A stretch of 64,000 bases of DNA from Eledone cirrhosa (taxonomy: Eukaryota): NCBI GenBank assembly GCA_964016885.1, contig OZ024743.1:33356001-33420000 (forward strand). Direction: 5' to 3'. The stretch's first letter is position 1; the number at the start of each line of letters is the position of its first letter. A model generated the notes under the pieces. It had not been told where the DNA came from, did no database searches, and was given only the letters and a program-made list of their open reading frames with translations. A program made the translations under genes and the position numbers. Positions 25,759-39,093 of this stretch are shown piece by piece.

Positions 25759-26574
25759 TATATATATATTATGTAAGCATGTGGTTTCCAGTTCAGTTCT
25801 ACTTTGAGCAAGTGTTTTCCACTATAGCATGTGAATGCATGTCTGTGCATGTGTATGTATGTCAGTTGCCATGAATGTCATATCCACATTGGTATAAGCC
25901 TATGCTGATAGCTGTTTATGTCATCCATAAACAATATGTCCGGCAGTATTGTAGTGCAGTAAAGCATTAGTGGAATATACCATACTTAGAATAAGTTATG
26001 GGTTAGCATCAGCAATGGCATCCAGCTGTGGAGACCATACCAAAATGGAATATATGAGCAAGACACAGTTAGCTGACCTGTCTAGCTTCAAAATATGACA
26101 ACTCATCTAACCCATGCAAGTATGGAAAATAAGCATAAAATTCACAATGATGATGATGAGGAGGAGGTAGATATATGAATAAATACTTGTTTTGATTACT
26201 AACAAGCTGGTTATTACTGAGTTACATTTTATCTCCTCAATTGGTTTGGAGCAGTTGCTATCTTTACATTTCAACAACTATAGTAATTTTATAGCTTCAT
26301 AGAAAGTTTTTCTACTTTGCTGGAAAATTGAGTTGATGAGATGTAAAATGACATTTATAACTATTTCTGAATAACTGCAATTGAAGTAAAACTTTTTTTA
26401 ATTTCATTTGCAATTAAGTGTAATTTTGAGCAAACACCCAACAAGATACAAGTTATTTCATGTTATATTTAAATAATGGACTATAGAATGTATTATGTCA
26501 AAAGATTTTATAGCAAATTATGTATTATTTTTAACCTTACCAAAGGCAATCTCAGGCCAACTGTAAATGTAATA

Positions 26575-26988
26575 ATTATTTTTACTTTAGGCACAAGGCC
26601 AGCAATTTGAAGGGGGAGGGGAAAGTCGGTTAAATCAATGCCAGTGCATTACTGTTGCTTTATTTTATCAACCCTGTAAGGATGAAAGGCAAAGCTAACC
26701 TTGGTGGGATTTGAACTCAGACTGTAAAGAACTATAACTATGTTGTCTGACGCTCTAACAATATTGCCAATCCACTGCCCTTTATAATGTAAATATAATT
26801 GTTTCTACTTTTGGCACAAGACCAGCAATTACACAGTGCATTACTGGTACTTTATTTTATCGACCCCGTAAGGATGAAAGGCAAAGCTAACCTCGCGCAA
26901 TTTGAACTCAGAATGGCAAGGGTCGTAACTCTATGCTGGAAAGCATGGTGTCCGACCCTCTACCGATACTGCCAATTCACCCCCCTTA
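26575..26988 (-). mobile_element. Two adjacent SINE family 1 copies (26575-26783 and 26796-26988)
   Basis: Both carry B box, body and tail. Confidence 0.8.
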
Positions 26989-28368
26989 TACTGTAAATAT
27001 AATGATGAAAGGGGATTAATTAAACCTGACCATTTTATTTGATATCTAATATCATCTTAAGTACTATTTAAAAGAAACTCTGTCTTATTCTTGGCAATCA
27101 GTGGTGGAAAACAGATAAATGGTTGAATTTTGGTATTTTTGAAAGACAAATTATTAAAGAGATTATTGCAATAGACCTCATATAAAACAATGCAATCAGT
27201 GTTCAGGAGTCTTTTAATATACATTTATGTTTTTGCTTATTTTAATTTTGATCCTAGCAGAACCCTTTACCAGTTTGTAAATTCTATATTTTCAGCAATG
27301 AAGTTATCTCTCAAATCTACAGCTATTTGAAACAGTATTTTCATGATGCTTCCCAATTTATATCTTTATTTGTTTATTACTATTTCTATTAATCGTGAAT
27401 TTTGTATCATTTCGTATCTCTGCCACGCCCACATGTTCATCCTATGAACTCTCACATTGATTAAATGCAATTTTGTTACAAAATGAATAGCTATTTTGAT
27501 TGGCTTGGTAAACATCTTATATTCAATCTTAAAATAAGGAAAAATGATAGTTTATTTTCCTCTTCTACTTTTCTCATCTTTAAAATACGTTTTCAGAAAC
27601 CTAATATAATTTAGAAATGTTGTGCTGATAAATTTTCTGTGTGGGTGTATTTTAAGCAGTGGTTGAATGATTTACAAGTAAATGATAAAATTTAGCAAAC
27701 AGTACTATATCATTTCATGATGGAAGAAAAGACGAATATCATAGGATATATTTTCTAAATGTAGTTTTGAAATAGCTTGATAAATTTCTGTTTAACATAG
27801 CTTTTATTTTCTAGCTTTATTTCTTTAATGATATACTACATTTAAAATGTCTGAAAAGAACATATTATAAATGATATATGCCTGAAAGTGTCAATTTTAC
27901 TTCATCCAAATCCACCTACAAATAGTGATAAACATAATACTGCAAGCATGGAAAATGGACGCTAAACAGTGATGATGATATATCTATATCTATATATATA
28001 TATATATATATCCCCCCCCCCCCCCCCACACACACACACTCAAGAGCGTTAGACTAATAAACCTTTGTTTGTACTGCCTCTCTGTTTTTGTTCCCATTCC
28101 AGTTTTCACTATATATATATCATCATCATCATCATCATCGTTTAACGTCCATCTTCCACGCTTGCATGGGTTTGGACGGGAGTTTTCCCACTTGAGGCAA
28201 GATTGGTTATCCTGCTCGTATAGGACTGTCTGGCGGGTTTTCTACGGCTGGATGCCCTTCCTAACACCAACCACGTTTACAGTGTGGACTGGGAGATTTT
28301 TACCATGTTACCTACACGGCCACATTACAGCGTGGACTGTGTGTTTTTTATATATATTTAAATATATT

Positions 28369-28410
<42 letters not shown>

Positions 28411-28541
28411 AGCAAAGAGATATTTCATTTGTTGGTAATTCAACAAATATATTTATAACAGATTCGAAGCACTCGACAAGTTTTCTGGAGTATAATATCA
28501 ATGATATTAATAAATGGAAACTATATTTATAAAACCATATT

Positions 28542-28602
28542 TATTCTATTATATATATTTCAAGGGTACCAAAACTATAGTACGCTCTCATCAGATAAAA
28601 TA
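28542..28602 (-). ncRNA. Minimal type I hammerhead ribozyme (family B)
   Basis: tattttat CTGATGA gag-c-gtacta..tggtac-c-ctt GAAA tatata TA atagaata. Confidence 0.85.
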
Positions 28603-28766
28603 CAAAGTTTGTTTTATAAATATTGACATATCCAGGAATGAGACCTTAACGGTTCAAGTTTCACCTGGATATATCAATATTTATAAAACAAATTTGGTAC
28701 CCTTGAAATATAGATAATAAAATAAATATGGTTTTATAAATATAGTTTCCATTTACTAATATCATT

Positions 28767-28823
<57 letters not shown>

Positions 28824-28829
28824 ATATAT

Positions 28830-29160
28830 ATCATCATCATTTTACGTCCACTTTTTCCCTGCTTGCAAGGGTGGGACGGGAACTGATTCTGGCTTGATTT
28901 CTACAGCTGGATGCCCTTCCTAACACCAACCTCATTTACAGTGAGTGCTGGGTGCTTTTTTGCCGTAGCACCTCCACGACCACTTTGCAGTGGAATGATA
29001 GGGACCCCAGTCCCTATCATCTCATTTCTACAGCTGAGTAAACTGGAGCAATGTGAAATAAAGTGTCTTGCTCAAGGAAACAACACATCACCCGGTCTGA
29101 GAATTGAACTCACAACCTTTCGATTGCAAGGCCAATGCTCTAACCACTAAGCCATGTGCC

Positions 29161-29161
<1 letters not shown>
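28830..29161 (-). mobile_element. SINE family 2 (tRNA head, CORE-like domain, RTE tail)
   Basis: Near-identical to the reverse complement of 47067-47412. Confidence 0.85.
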
Positions 29162-29211
<50 letters not shown>

Positions 29212-29431
29212 CGTTTCTGAATTTGTTTAGCAAGATTCTTTATCTGAAATCGTGTGTTGAAACCGATATTGTTATACTTTGGGAGGGTCATGTTGCCAAT
29301 AAGAAACACACGCACCAGTTGCTTTCACTTCAATTTTTTAAATATTTATAAATTTATAAATTTACAAATCTACAAACTTATAAATTTCTGGTTGGTTGGT
29401 TGTTTCCACAACCAGATAGTTGTTTATATAT

Positions 29432-29476
29432 AGTCATAGTCCTTTCGTCACACACTCTGTGACCTCTTCAGTGACT
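29432..29476 (-). ncRNA. Minimal type I hammerhead ribozyme (family C)
   Basis: agtca CTGAAGA g gtcac..gtgac GAAA ggac TA tgact. Confidence 0.75.
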
Positions 29477-29516
29477 GGGGATTCCTTTCTTTGTTTCTGT
29501 GCCTTTCCTTTCTTCT

Positions 29517-29560
29517 GTCACCGAAGAGGTCACAGAGTGTGTGACGAAAGGACTATGACT
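29517..29560 (+). ncRNA. Inverted copy of family C hammerhead with core mutation (CCGAAGA)
   Basis: Mirror of 29432-29476 with U4>C. Confidence 0.65.
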
Positions 29561-29739
29561 ATATATAAACAACTATCTGGTTGTGGAACCAACCAACCAA
29601 CCAGAAATTTATAAGTTTGTAGATTTGTAAATTTATAAATTTATAAATATATAATAAATTGAAGTGAAAGCAACTGGTGCGTGTGTTTCTTATTGGCAAC
29701 ATGACCCTCCCAAAGTATAACAATATATATATATATATT

Positions 29740-29830
<91 letters not shown>

Positions 29831-29844
29831 ATATATATATTTAT

Positions 29845-29964
29845 GAAGTAATTCCATCGGAAAAGTCCAGGAAAAAAGAGTGCTCTATGTATGCAACAGA
29901 GCTTAATTATTATTATTATGTAATAAACAACATAAGGCAATTATTCCATTTACCAGTGGTTTCT
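29845..29964 (-). mobile_element. 3' terminal fragment related to the PLE-1 end (3' half of a family A hammerhead)
   Basis: gagtgctctatgt..cagagc..ttaccagtggtttc resembles 919-997. Confidence 0.6.
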
Positions 29965-29994
29965 TAAAAGCAAAAGGTTTTGCTTTCATATATT

Positions 29995-30117
<123 letters not shown>

Positions 30118-30183
30118 TTATAAATATATATATATTTATATATGATATTAAATAAATGGAAACTATATTTATAAAACCATATT

Positions 30184-30249
30184 TATTTCGTTATATATAT
30201 TTCAGGGATATCATATTAACAATATGTTATGCCATCTTCAGACAAAATA
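30184..30249 (-). ncRNA. Minimal type I hammerhead ribozyme (family B)
   Basis: tattttgt CTGAAGA tgg-c-ata..tat-c-cct GAAA tatata TA acgaaata. Confidence 0.8.
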
Positions 30250-30329
30250 CAATATAAACAGTCTTATAAATAAATAGATACGACATACCTTTCAATCACC
30301 TTGCATTTAGGAGGTTGATTTGGCAGGAC

Positions 30330-31062
<733 letters not shown>

Positions 31063-31672
31063 CTTAATATATTTCTTTTTTCTTTTTCTTTTATTTCTAA
31101 ATTTATAGATACATTTATAAATAGGCAGTTTGCTGACACCGCTAAATACTGACCTCTTCTCCCCCCCCTCCCCCACACCTACTTTCTGTATCTGGATCTA
31201 AATGTGTGTGGCAGTGTTTATGTGCGCGCATTAATGTCCATATGCTTATGATAATAGTATATACACATATATGTGTGTTGGGGTGTGTGTGTGTATGTAT
31301 GTTCGTGGTTGTGTGTATGTTTATGCGTATACGCGCGTGTGTGTGTGAATGTACGTATATGTGTGAGTATATGAATGTGTGTATATATTTATTTTTTTAT
31401 TTTTATATTTATATGGTTATATGAGTATACGTATTTTATCTGTAGATTATAAACATACAGAGACATTAGCCTTGAATTTTTGTATTTACATACATCTTTT
31501 CGGCATGCGTATGCATGTGAACATATATTTTTATGCATATCTGTGAACGAAGTTACTTACATATATACACACACCTAACTGTATAAACTTTTTGTGTTTT
31601 CATTGGTCAATTTGAACTCTGTTCCCAAACAGACCTGTAATTTTGAATTGTTGTTATTATCAATAAATATAT

Positions 31673-31826
31673 TTCATTATTTCTGAAGACGGCATATATA
31701 TGTGTTGGTATATATATTTAATTTTGATAGTTTGTATAATTTTGTATAATTTTGTACATAGATCTGTTGAATATGCATGCCAATTCTAACACATATATAT
31801 CCTAGAAACGATCGTTAAATAATGAA
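31673..31826 (+). ncRNA. Type I hammerhead ribozyme with long stem II (family D)
   Basis: ttcattattt CTGAAGA cgg-c-atatatatgtgttgg..ctaacacatatatat-c-cta GAAA cgatcg TT aaataatgaa; perfect 10-bp stem I, palindromic stem III. Confidence 0.8.
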
Positions 31827-32049
31827 CTTTTTTTGTTTAATATAAGGAACTGTTTCATTGTTTTATTCATTATTTTTTTAATATTTTATCTTGACTCTGT
31901 ATTCCGTTTATCTTTCACCGAAAGTGATTTTTCATTGCATCTCTTCTTTCCATGATATCCGGATTACATTGAGTTCTTCATACGGATTGGACACTACCGT
32001 AAACACTTGGTAGATTTATCTACATATATAAATATATATATATTTATAA

Positions 32050-32140
<91 letters not shown>

Positions 32141-32146
<6 letters not shown>

Positions 32147-32543
32147 TATGTTGGTCCCACAACATCCAGGCCGAAACAAATGAGATCGTGTAGGTGTCAC
32201 GACAAAAAAACACACAGTCCACGCTGTAAATGTGGCCGTGTAGGCAACACGGTAAAAACCTCCCAGCCCAACACTGTAAATGTGGTTGGTGTTAGGAAGG
32301 GCATCCAGCTGAAATATATATAACGAAATAAATATGGTTTTATAAATATAGTTTCCATTTATTTAATATCATAAATATACTCCAAATACTTGTTGAGTGC
32401 TTTTATATCAGTTATAAATATTTACTCGTTGTTAACCCAACAATTTAAATATAACTTTCCATGTATATATTTATATATATATTTATAAATATATATATAT
32501 TTATATATATATTTATAAATATATATATATTTATATATATATT

Positions 32544-32594
<51 letters not shown>

Positions 32595-32661
32595 CGATAT
32601 TTATAAATATATATATATTTATATATATATTTATAAATATATATATATTTATATATATATT

Positions 32662-32733
<72 letters not shown>

Positions 32734-32736
32734 TAT

Positions 32737-32775
<39 letters not shown>

Positions 32776-32806
32776 AATATATATATAAATATATATATAT
32801 TTATAA

Positions 32807-32861
<55 letters not shown>

Positions 32862-32901
32862 TATATATATTTATAAATATATATATAAATATATATATAT
32901 G

Positions 32902-32975
<74 letters not shown>

Positions 32976-33378
32976 AATATATATATAAATATATATATAT
33001 TTATAAATATATATATAAATATATATATATTTATAAATATATATATAAATATATACATGGAAAGTTATATTTAAATTGTTGGGTTAACAACGAGTAAATA
33101 TTTATAACTGATATAAAAGCACTCAACAAGTATTTGGAGTATATTTATGATATTAAATAAATGGAAACTATATTTATAAAACCATATTTATTTCGTTATA
33201 TATATTTCAGCTGGATGCCCTTCCTAACACCAACCACATTTACAGTGTGGGGCTGGGAGGTTTTTACCGTGTTGCCTACACGGCCACATTTACTGCGTGG
33301 ACTGTGTGTTTTTTTGTCGTGACACCTACACGATCTCATTTGTTTCGGCCTGGATGTTGTGGGACCAACATAACTTTA
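32141..33378. repeat. ~1.24-kb inverted duplication centred on a TA satellite
   Basis: 32141-32465 is the near-perfect reverse complement of 33054-33378, and the symmetry continues into the satellite. Confidence 0.92.
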
Positions 33379-34655
33379 CATTGAAAGGGGCGGTGTGGAT
33401 GGGGTGGAGGTTGTGGGACGGGGGTGTGTTTTGATAGAGATGCCTACTGACTGTAGTAGGTTTTTACTTTGTATTTAGGTAAGGCGGGTCTTCTCTATTA
33501 CTGAGTACTGCCAAAGGTCTCGGTCCAGTGACATTGTCTTGGAGAGGTGTAAGCGTGTCAGGTCGGAATTCATCAGCTCGTCCCATGTTTTTCTGGGTCT
33601 GCCTACTCCGTGGCTACCGACGTGACCGTACCAACGTAGCCTTCTCTCGAGTAAACAACATCTGATCCCTCTTATTTCTAATTTTTTCCTTAGTTCGTTT
33701 ATGCTTTGCCGTTCACGTATATTACTATTGCACATCCAGCGGAGCATGCAAGCTTCGTTCCTCTCTAGTCTGCGTATATCCTCTGCACACAATGCCCAGG
33801 TCTCACTGCCATGCAGCATTGCTGTTCGTATGCAGGCATCGTATAACCTGCCTTTCATTTTTAGGGAGAACCCTCTAGCGGCTAATAGTGGCATAAGCTC
33901 TCTGAACTTTTTCCATCCAGTTCTGACTCTAGCTACTGTACTTTCAGAGCACCCTCCCCCACTGCTGATTTTGTCACCCAGGTAACGGAAGCTGTCCACT
34001 ATTTCTATAGAACCCTCTGCGCAGTTGAAGGAGCTAGTATTTTTTGGGCACTTGCTGCTACTTATTGCACCAGAGCACCGGCCACATGTAAAATCTATGT
34101 TCTTAGTTAGCTTACCTGTGATCCCACTACATCTTTTATGCACCCATACTTTGCATTTGGGACATAAAATGGAGTTTCTACCTACGCCTTTCCTACACAC
34201 TGAGCATGGCCATTTCCCAGATGGGACCGCCGCCTTATTTTCTTTCCTACAAACTAGAACTTTAGTCTTAGCCAGGTTAATTTTAAGGCCTTTTGATTCT
34301 AGGCCGTGCTTCCATGTTTGGAATTTCTTCTCTAGTTCGGCCATTGATTCAGCTATGAGCGTTAGATCATCTGCGTATAGGAGTTCCCATGGGCAGCCGG
34401 TCTTGAACTCCTCTGTTATAGCCTGAAGGGCAATAATAAATAGTAGGCGGCTAAGAACAGAGCCCTGATGGACACCAACTTTTACGCTAAACTCTTCACT
34501 ATATTCGTTGTTAATTCTAACCTTACTGACTGTTTCTTTATACATGGCTTGTATAGCTCTCACAAGCCATTCGTCAACTCCTAGTTTTCTAAGAGACCAC
34601 CAGATAATGGAACGGGGGACTCTGTCGAAGGCTTTCTCCAAGTCGACAAAAGCTA
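33207..34655 (-). mobile_element. 5'-truncated RTE LINE family 1, copy 2
   Basis: [37 protein letters not shown]; in-frame deletion of ~18 aa after YGHV relative to copy 1. Confidence 0.92.
33475..34641 (-). CDS. RTE reverse transcriptase with PHD-type finger (truncated ORF)
   Basis: 388-aa open frame with RT motifs. Confidence 0.8.
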   Translation of the reverse strand: MEKAFDRVPRSIIWWSLRKLGVDEWLVRAIQAMYKETVSKVRINNEYSEEFSVKVGVHQGSVLSRLLFIIALQAITEEFKTGCPWELLYADDLTLIAESMAELEKKFQTWKHGLESKGLKINLAKTKVLVCRKENKAAVPSGKWPCSVCRKGVGRNSILCPKCKVWVHKRCSGITGKLTKNIDFTCGRCSGAISSSKCPKNTSSFNCAEGSIEIVDSFRYLGDKISSGGGCSESTVARVRTGWKKFRELMPLLAARGFSLKMKGRLYDACIRTAMLHGSETWALCAEDIRRLERNEACMLRWMCNSNIRERQSINELRKKLEIRGIRCCLLERRLRWYGHVGSHGVGRPRKTWDELMNSDLTRLHLSKTMSLDRDLWQYSVIEKTRLT

Positions 34656-34790
34656 TATATTTATAAATATAAGCTATATATTTATAAATATATATATATT
34701 TATATATATATGTATAAATATATATATATTTATATATATATATATTTATATATATTTATAAATATATATATATTTATATATATATATATT

Positions 34791-34823
<33 letters not shown>

Positions 34824-34950
34824 TTATAAATATATATATTTATATATATATATATTTATATATATTTATAAATATATATATATTTATATATATATATATT
34901 TATATATATATATATTTATATATATATATATTTATATATATATATATTTA

Positions 34951-34981
<31 letters not shown>

Positions 34982-35102
34982 TTATTTATATATATTTATA
35001 TATATATATATTTATATTTATATATATATTTATTTATATATATTTATATATATATATTTATTTATATATATTTATATATATATATATTTATATATATATA
35101 TT

Positions 35103-35135
<33 letters not shown>

Positions 35136-35226
35136 ATTTATATATATATATATTTATATTTATATATATATTTATTTATATATATTTATATATATATATA
35201 TTTATATATATTTATATATATATATT

Positions 35227-35257
<31 letters not shown>
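34656..35257. repeat. (TA)n/TTTA satellite
   Basis: Seen directly. Confidence 0.95.
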
Positions 35258-35258
<1 letters not shown>

Positions 35259-35329
35259 AAAACAAATAACGAAACGAAATTAAATTTCGTTTCGTTTGTA
35301 ACTCACTTTTGTATGACTGACGCTCAAAC

Positions 35330-35684
35330 AATTAAGTCAAAGATGTACATCCATATATGTATACTGAAATACTAGTATGTATATGAATACACACACGTAT
35401 ACATATGTAGATGTACCAAGTTTTTTTCACTGATCACTTTACTGTGAGTGGCCAGCTATTCTGTATGTAAACACACAGACAAACCGGTTTTTAGAGTCAT
35501 ACTGGTAAACCAGTATGACTCTAAAAACCGGTTTGTCTGTGTGTTTACATACAGAATAGCTGGCCACTCACAGTAAAGTGATCAGTGAAAAAAACTTGGT
35601 ACATCTACATATGTATACGTGTGTGTATTCATATACATACTAGTATTTCAGTATACATATATGGATGTACATCTTTGACTTAAT

Positions 35685-35685
<1 letters not shown>
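35330..35685. repeat. 356-bp palindrome
   Basis: 177-bp arms around a 2-nt centre (..catactggt AA accagtatg..); no mismatch seen by eye. Confidence 0.92.
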
Positions 35686-35717
<32 letters not shown>

Positions 35718-35786
35718 ATATTTATATATATTTATATATATATATTTATATATATATATATTTATATATATTTATATATATATATT

Positions 35787-35860
<74 letters not shown>

Positions 35861-35890
35861 TATATATATTTATATATATTTATATATATA

Positions 35891-35939
<49 letters not shown>

Positions 35940-35974
35940 ATATTTATATATATTTATATATATTTATATATATA

Positions 35975-36042
<68 letters not shown>
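35686..36042. repeat. (TA)n/TTTA satellite
   Basis: Seen directly. Confidence 0.95.
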
Positions 36043-36047
<5 letters not shown>

Positions 36048-36443
36048 ATAAACGTGCTGCGGGTTTGCTAATGGGTTACATATGAATAAAGTTAGTCCTT
36101 CATCAGTGATCTTCCAACCATCATTGGTATTTCATCGCTTTAAAGACCATATACCTCCGGTTGGTGCGAGCAACGGCTAAAAAAAGTCGTTGGGACACGT
36201 AAATAAAGGGGACACGGGTGTAAACAAAAAAAAATGGTGAAGCAATGAAAAGTGAGGAAGAAGGAGTCAAGTCCCAAATTTCCGGTGAAATCGTGAACGA
36301 GAGAGAATAAAGACCATCAAACCTGGTTGGAATGTAAGCAAGGAAGGAATTCCGTACAGGTCTAACGGGAGGAAGAAGGGATCTAGTCTGTGATTTCGGT
36401 GAACGTAAGTTCTGTGAAATCGTAGACGAGAAAGAGAAAAAAA

Positions 36444-36483
<40 letters not shown>

Positions 36484-36487
<4 letters not shown>

Positions 36488-36834
36488 TCATTTCATCATC
36501 ATTTCATTTTACATCCACTTTTTCCCTGCTTGCAAGGGTGGGACGGGAACTGATTCTGGCTTGATTTCTACAGCTGGATGCCCTTCCTAACACCAACCTC
36601 ATTTACAGTGAGTGCTGGGTGCTTTTTTGCCGTGGCACCTCCACGACCACTTTACAGTGGAATGATAAGGACCTCAGTCCCTATCACCTCATTTCTACAG
36701 CTGAGTAAACTGGAGCAATGTGAAATAAAGTGTCTTGCTCAAGGAAACAACACATCACCCGGTCTGAGAATTGAACTCACAACATTTCGATTGCAAGGCC
36801 AAGCCAATGCTCTAACCACTAAGCCATGCGCCTC
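36484..36834 (-). mobile_element. SINE family 2
   Basis: Near-identical to 28830-29161. Confidence 0.85.
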
Positions 36835-36941
36835 CACATATATATATATATATATTAACCCACAAATTGGGCTACTCAGCCGTTAATATGCATAGGGAAA
36901 GTATATACTTTCAGACGTTCAACAATCTGGCAGGAAGGTAT

Positions 36942-36984
36942 ACGTTGCTGACGATAGCTAATAAGCTTGAAACTAGTACAGCGT
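36942..36984 (+). ncRNA. Minimal type I hammerhead ribozyme (family E)
   Basis: acgttg CTGACGA t-agct-aata-agct-t GAAA ctag TA cagcgt; palindromic stem III. Confidence 0.8.
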
Positions 36985-37266
36985 TCCTTTGTCAGTGTTG
37001 AACAAACGAGCAACGATGGTTGCTAGACACTACGGCTTAATACGGGATGTTTGTTTGCAAACACACCGAGCATTATAATAAATGTTCGGTGAATCCATAC
37101 ATACATATATATATATGTGTGCATGTATGTATATATATATATATACATACTACTGTGCGTCTGTATACATATATGTATGTACGTGTACAAACTTACATTT
37201 AAGTTACAGCCGTACTAAGAGTGGGAAATGAAATTTCGTTTCATTTTTTCCGTTTATATATATATA

Positions 37267-37439
<173 letters not shown>

Positions 37440-37943
37440 AGGATGAATATAAAATGAAAGTGCTTTTTTTAAAAAAAGGAATTTATTAGGTATTGACATA
37501 TGTTTCTGTAACAGACGGAATACCTATGTATCGCTGCTTGCGTAATCATATAATGTTAGCAAGTATTCGATAGCAAATGTATAATCAGTTGTCACTTCTT
37601 CAGAGATTTTGGATAAATTGGATAAAATCAGAAAAATTGAAGTATTTATATTAGTAATAGAAGAAGAAACAGAGGGGATAGTATATGACAGAGGGTAAAT
37701 TAATTTACTGCTAAACAAGTATATAATGGGTTTCTAATGAGAATACCATCAGTAAATCTAAATAAGAATTTTGGGAGTGCCAATTTTAATCTCTACTTGA
37801 CCAACTGGACAGTGGACGTTGGTCATTTGGTGCAGTAGTATAAATTATAAAGTGTCAATTGGGGAAGGGGGAGATTTCAATTAAACAGAGCCTAAGAATT
37901 ATGAATATAAAACAAAGAAAACTTCAATACATCAAAAGTCTTT

Positions 37944-37988
37944 ATTAGCCAACAATGTTTCGTCCTATTAAGGACTCATCAGGGCAAT
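37944..37988 (-). ncRNA. Minimal type I hammerhead ribozyme (family F), left arm of inverted pair
   Basis: Mirror of 38069-38113. Confidence 0.75.
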
Positions 37989-38068
37989 CAAAACCACAAG
38001 AAGCACTATCGGCCAATACAAGCCAAAGTTTTCGGCTTGTATTGGCCGATAGTGCTCTTGTGGTTTTG

Positions 38069-38113
38069 ATTGCCCTGATGAGTCCTTAATAGGACGAAAC
38101 ATTGTTGGCTAAT
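38069..38113 (+). ncRNA. Minimal type I hammerhead ribozyme (family F)
   Basis: attgcc CTGATGA gtcc-ttaata-ggac GAAA cattg TT ggctaat, overlapping an AATAAA. Confidence 0.75.
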
Positions 38114-38168
38114 AAAGACTTTTGATGTATTGAAGGCTTCTTTGTTTTATTTTCATAATATATATATT

Positions 38169-38201
<33 letters not shown>

Positions 38202-38214
38202 ATATTTATATATA

Positions 38215-38263
<49 letters not shown>

Positions 38264-38264
<1 letters not shown>

Positions 38265-38810
38265 AAGGATGTTGGTCCCCAAAGTTAGGGTACTGATGAT
38301 ACTTTATTTACGTGTATATTAGATATATATGAAATTACAAGTTATCTCCTTCTTCAAAATACGATCTTTGGGAAGTCACACAGTGGTTCCAACATTTTTT
38401 CCATTGTTCATAACAGTACCTGAAGTCATTTTCTCGGCCTGACCTTAGCTCGTCGGTTACAATTTCTGTATGTTTTCCACAGTCCTAAAATGATGACCCT
38501 TCAACTTCGATTTTAACTTAGAAAAGAGGGAGAAATCACACAGCCAGATCTGGGCTGTATGGAGGATGTGGAAGAGTGGGAATATTTTTCTAACAAATCC
38601 TTACATATTTCCAAACGGCTCACTTTTTACTCTACAGACAAATGTTTGGGTATTGGTTTTGTTCCAGTGGGAGCTGAAAGAAAACGATCGACAATTGTTT
38701 TGGAGTGTTTGCTCTTCATCAAGATTGTACCACTGGAACAAAAGGGTGATGGTCATCTAACACAAGGTGTTTATGAGGCTGTTTGCTTGCAAACAAACCG
38801 AATATTAATA
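38264..38810 (-). mobile_element. Internally deleted mariner transposase relic
   Basis: Minus translation PTLPHPPYSPDLA / CDFSLFSKLKSKLKGHHFRTVENIQ (YSPDLAP motif). Confidence 0.8.
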
Positions 38811-38817
38811 ATATCAT

Positions 38818-39010
38818 AGGGCGGTCGATTGGCAGTATCGGTAGAGGGTGGGATGCCATGCTTTGTAGCATAGTTACGTCCCTTTACGGTCTGAGTTCAA
38901 ATCCCGCCGAGGTTAACTTTGTCTTTCATCCTTACGGGGTCGATAAAATAAAGTACCAGTAATGCACTGATATAACTGCTGGCCTTGTGCCAAAAGTAGA
39001 AACAATTATT
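38818..39010 (+). mobile_element. SINE family 1
   Basis: A and B boxes, body and tail. Confidence 0.85.
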
Positions 39011-39093
39011 ATAATATTATTATTATTCAATCACGAATACAGTTAGGTATCTACCATGTTAAGATCGAAAACAAATTTCGTTTTATATACATA

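Noticed and set aside
28911-29150. Repeated MPFLTPTSFTVSAGCFF ORF (also 36578 and 47080)
   Set aside because: Antisense reading of SINE family 2, not a gene family
36045-36446. Minus CTGATGA at ~36100 and a 108-aa ORF
   Set aside because: No GAAA or stems found and no motif in the ORF; the insert remains unidentified
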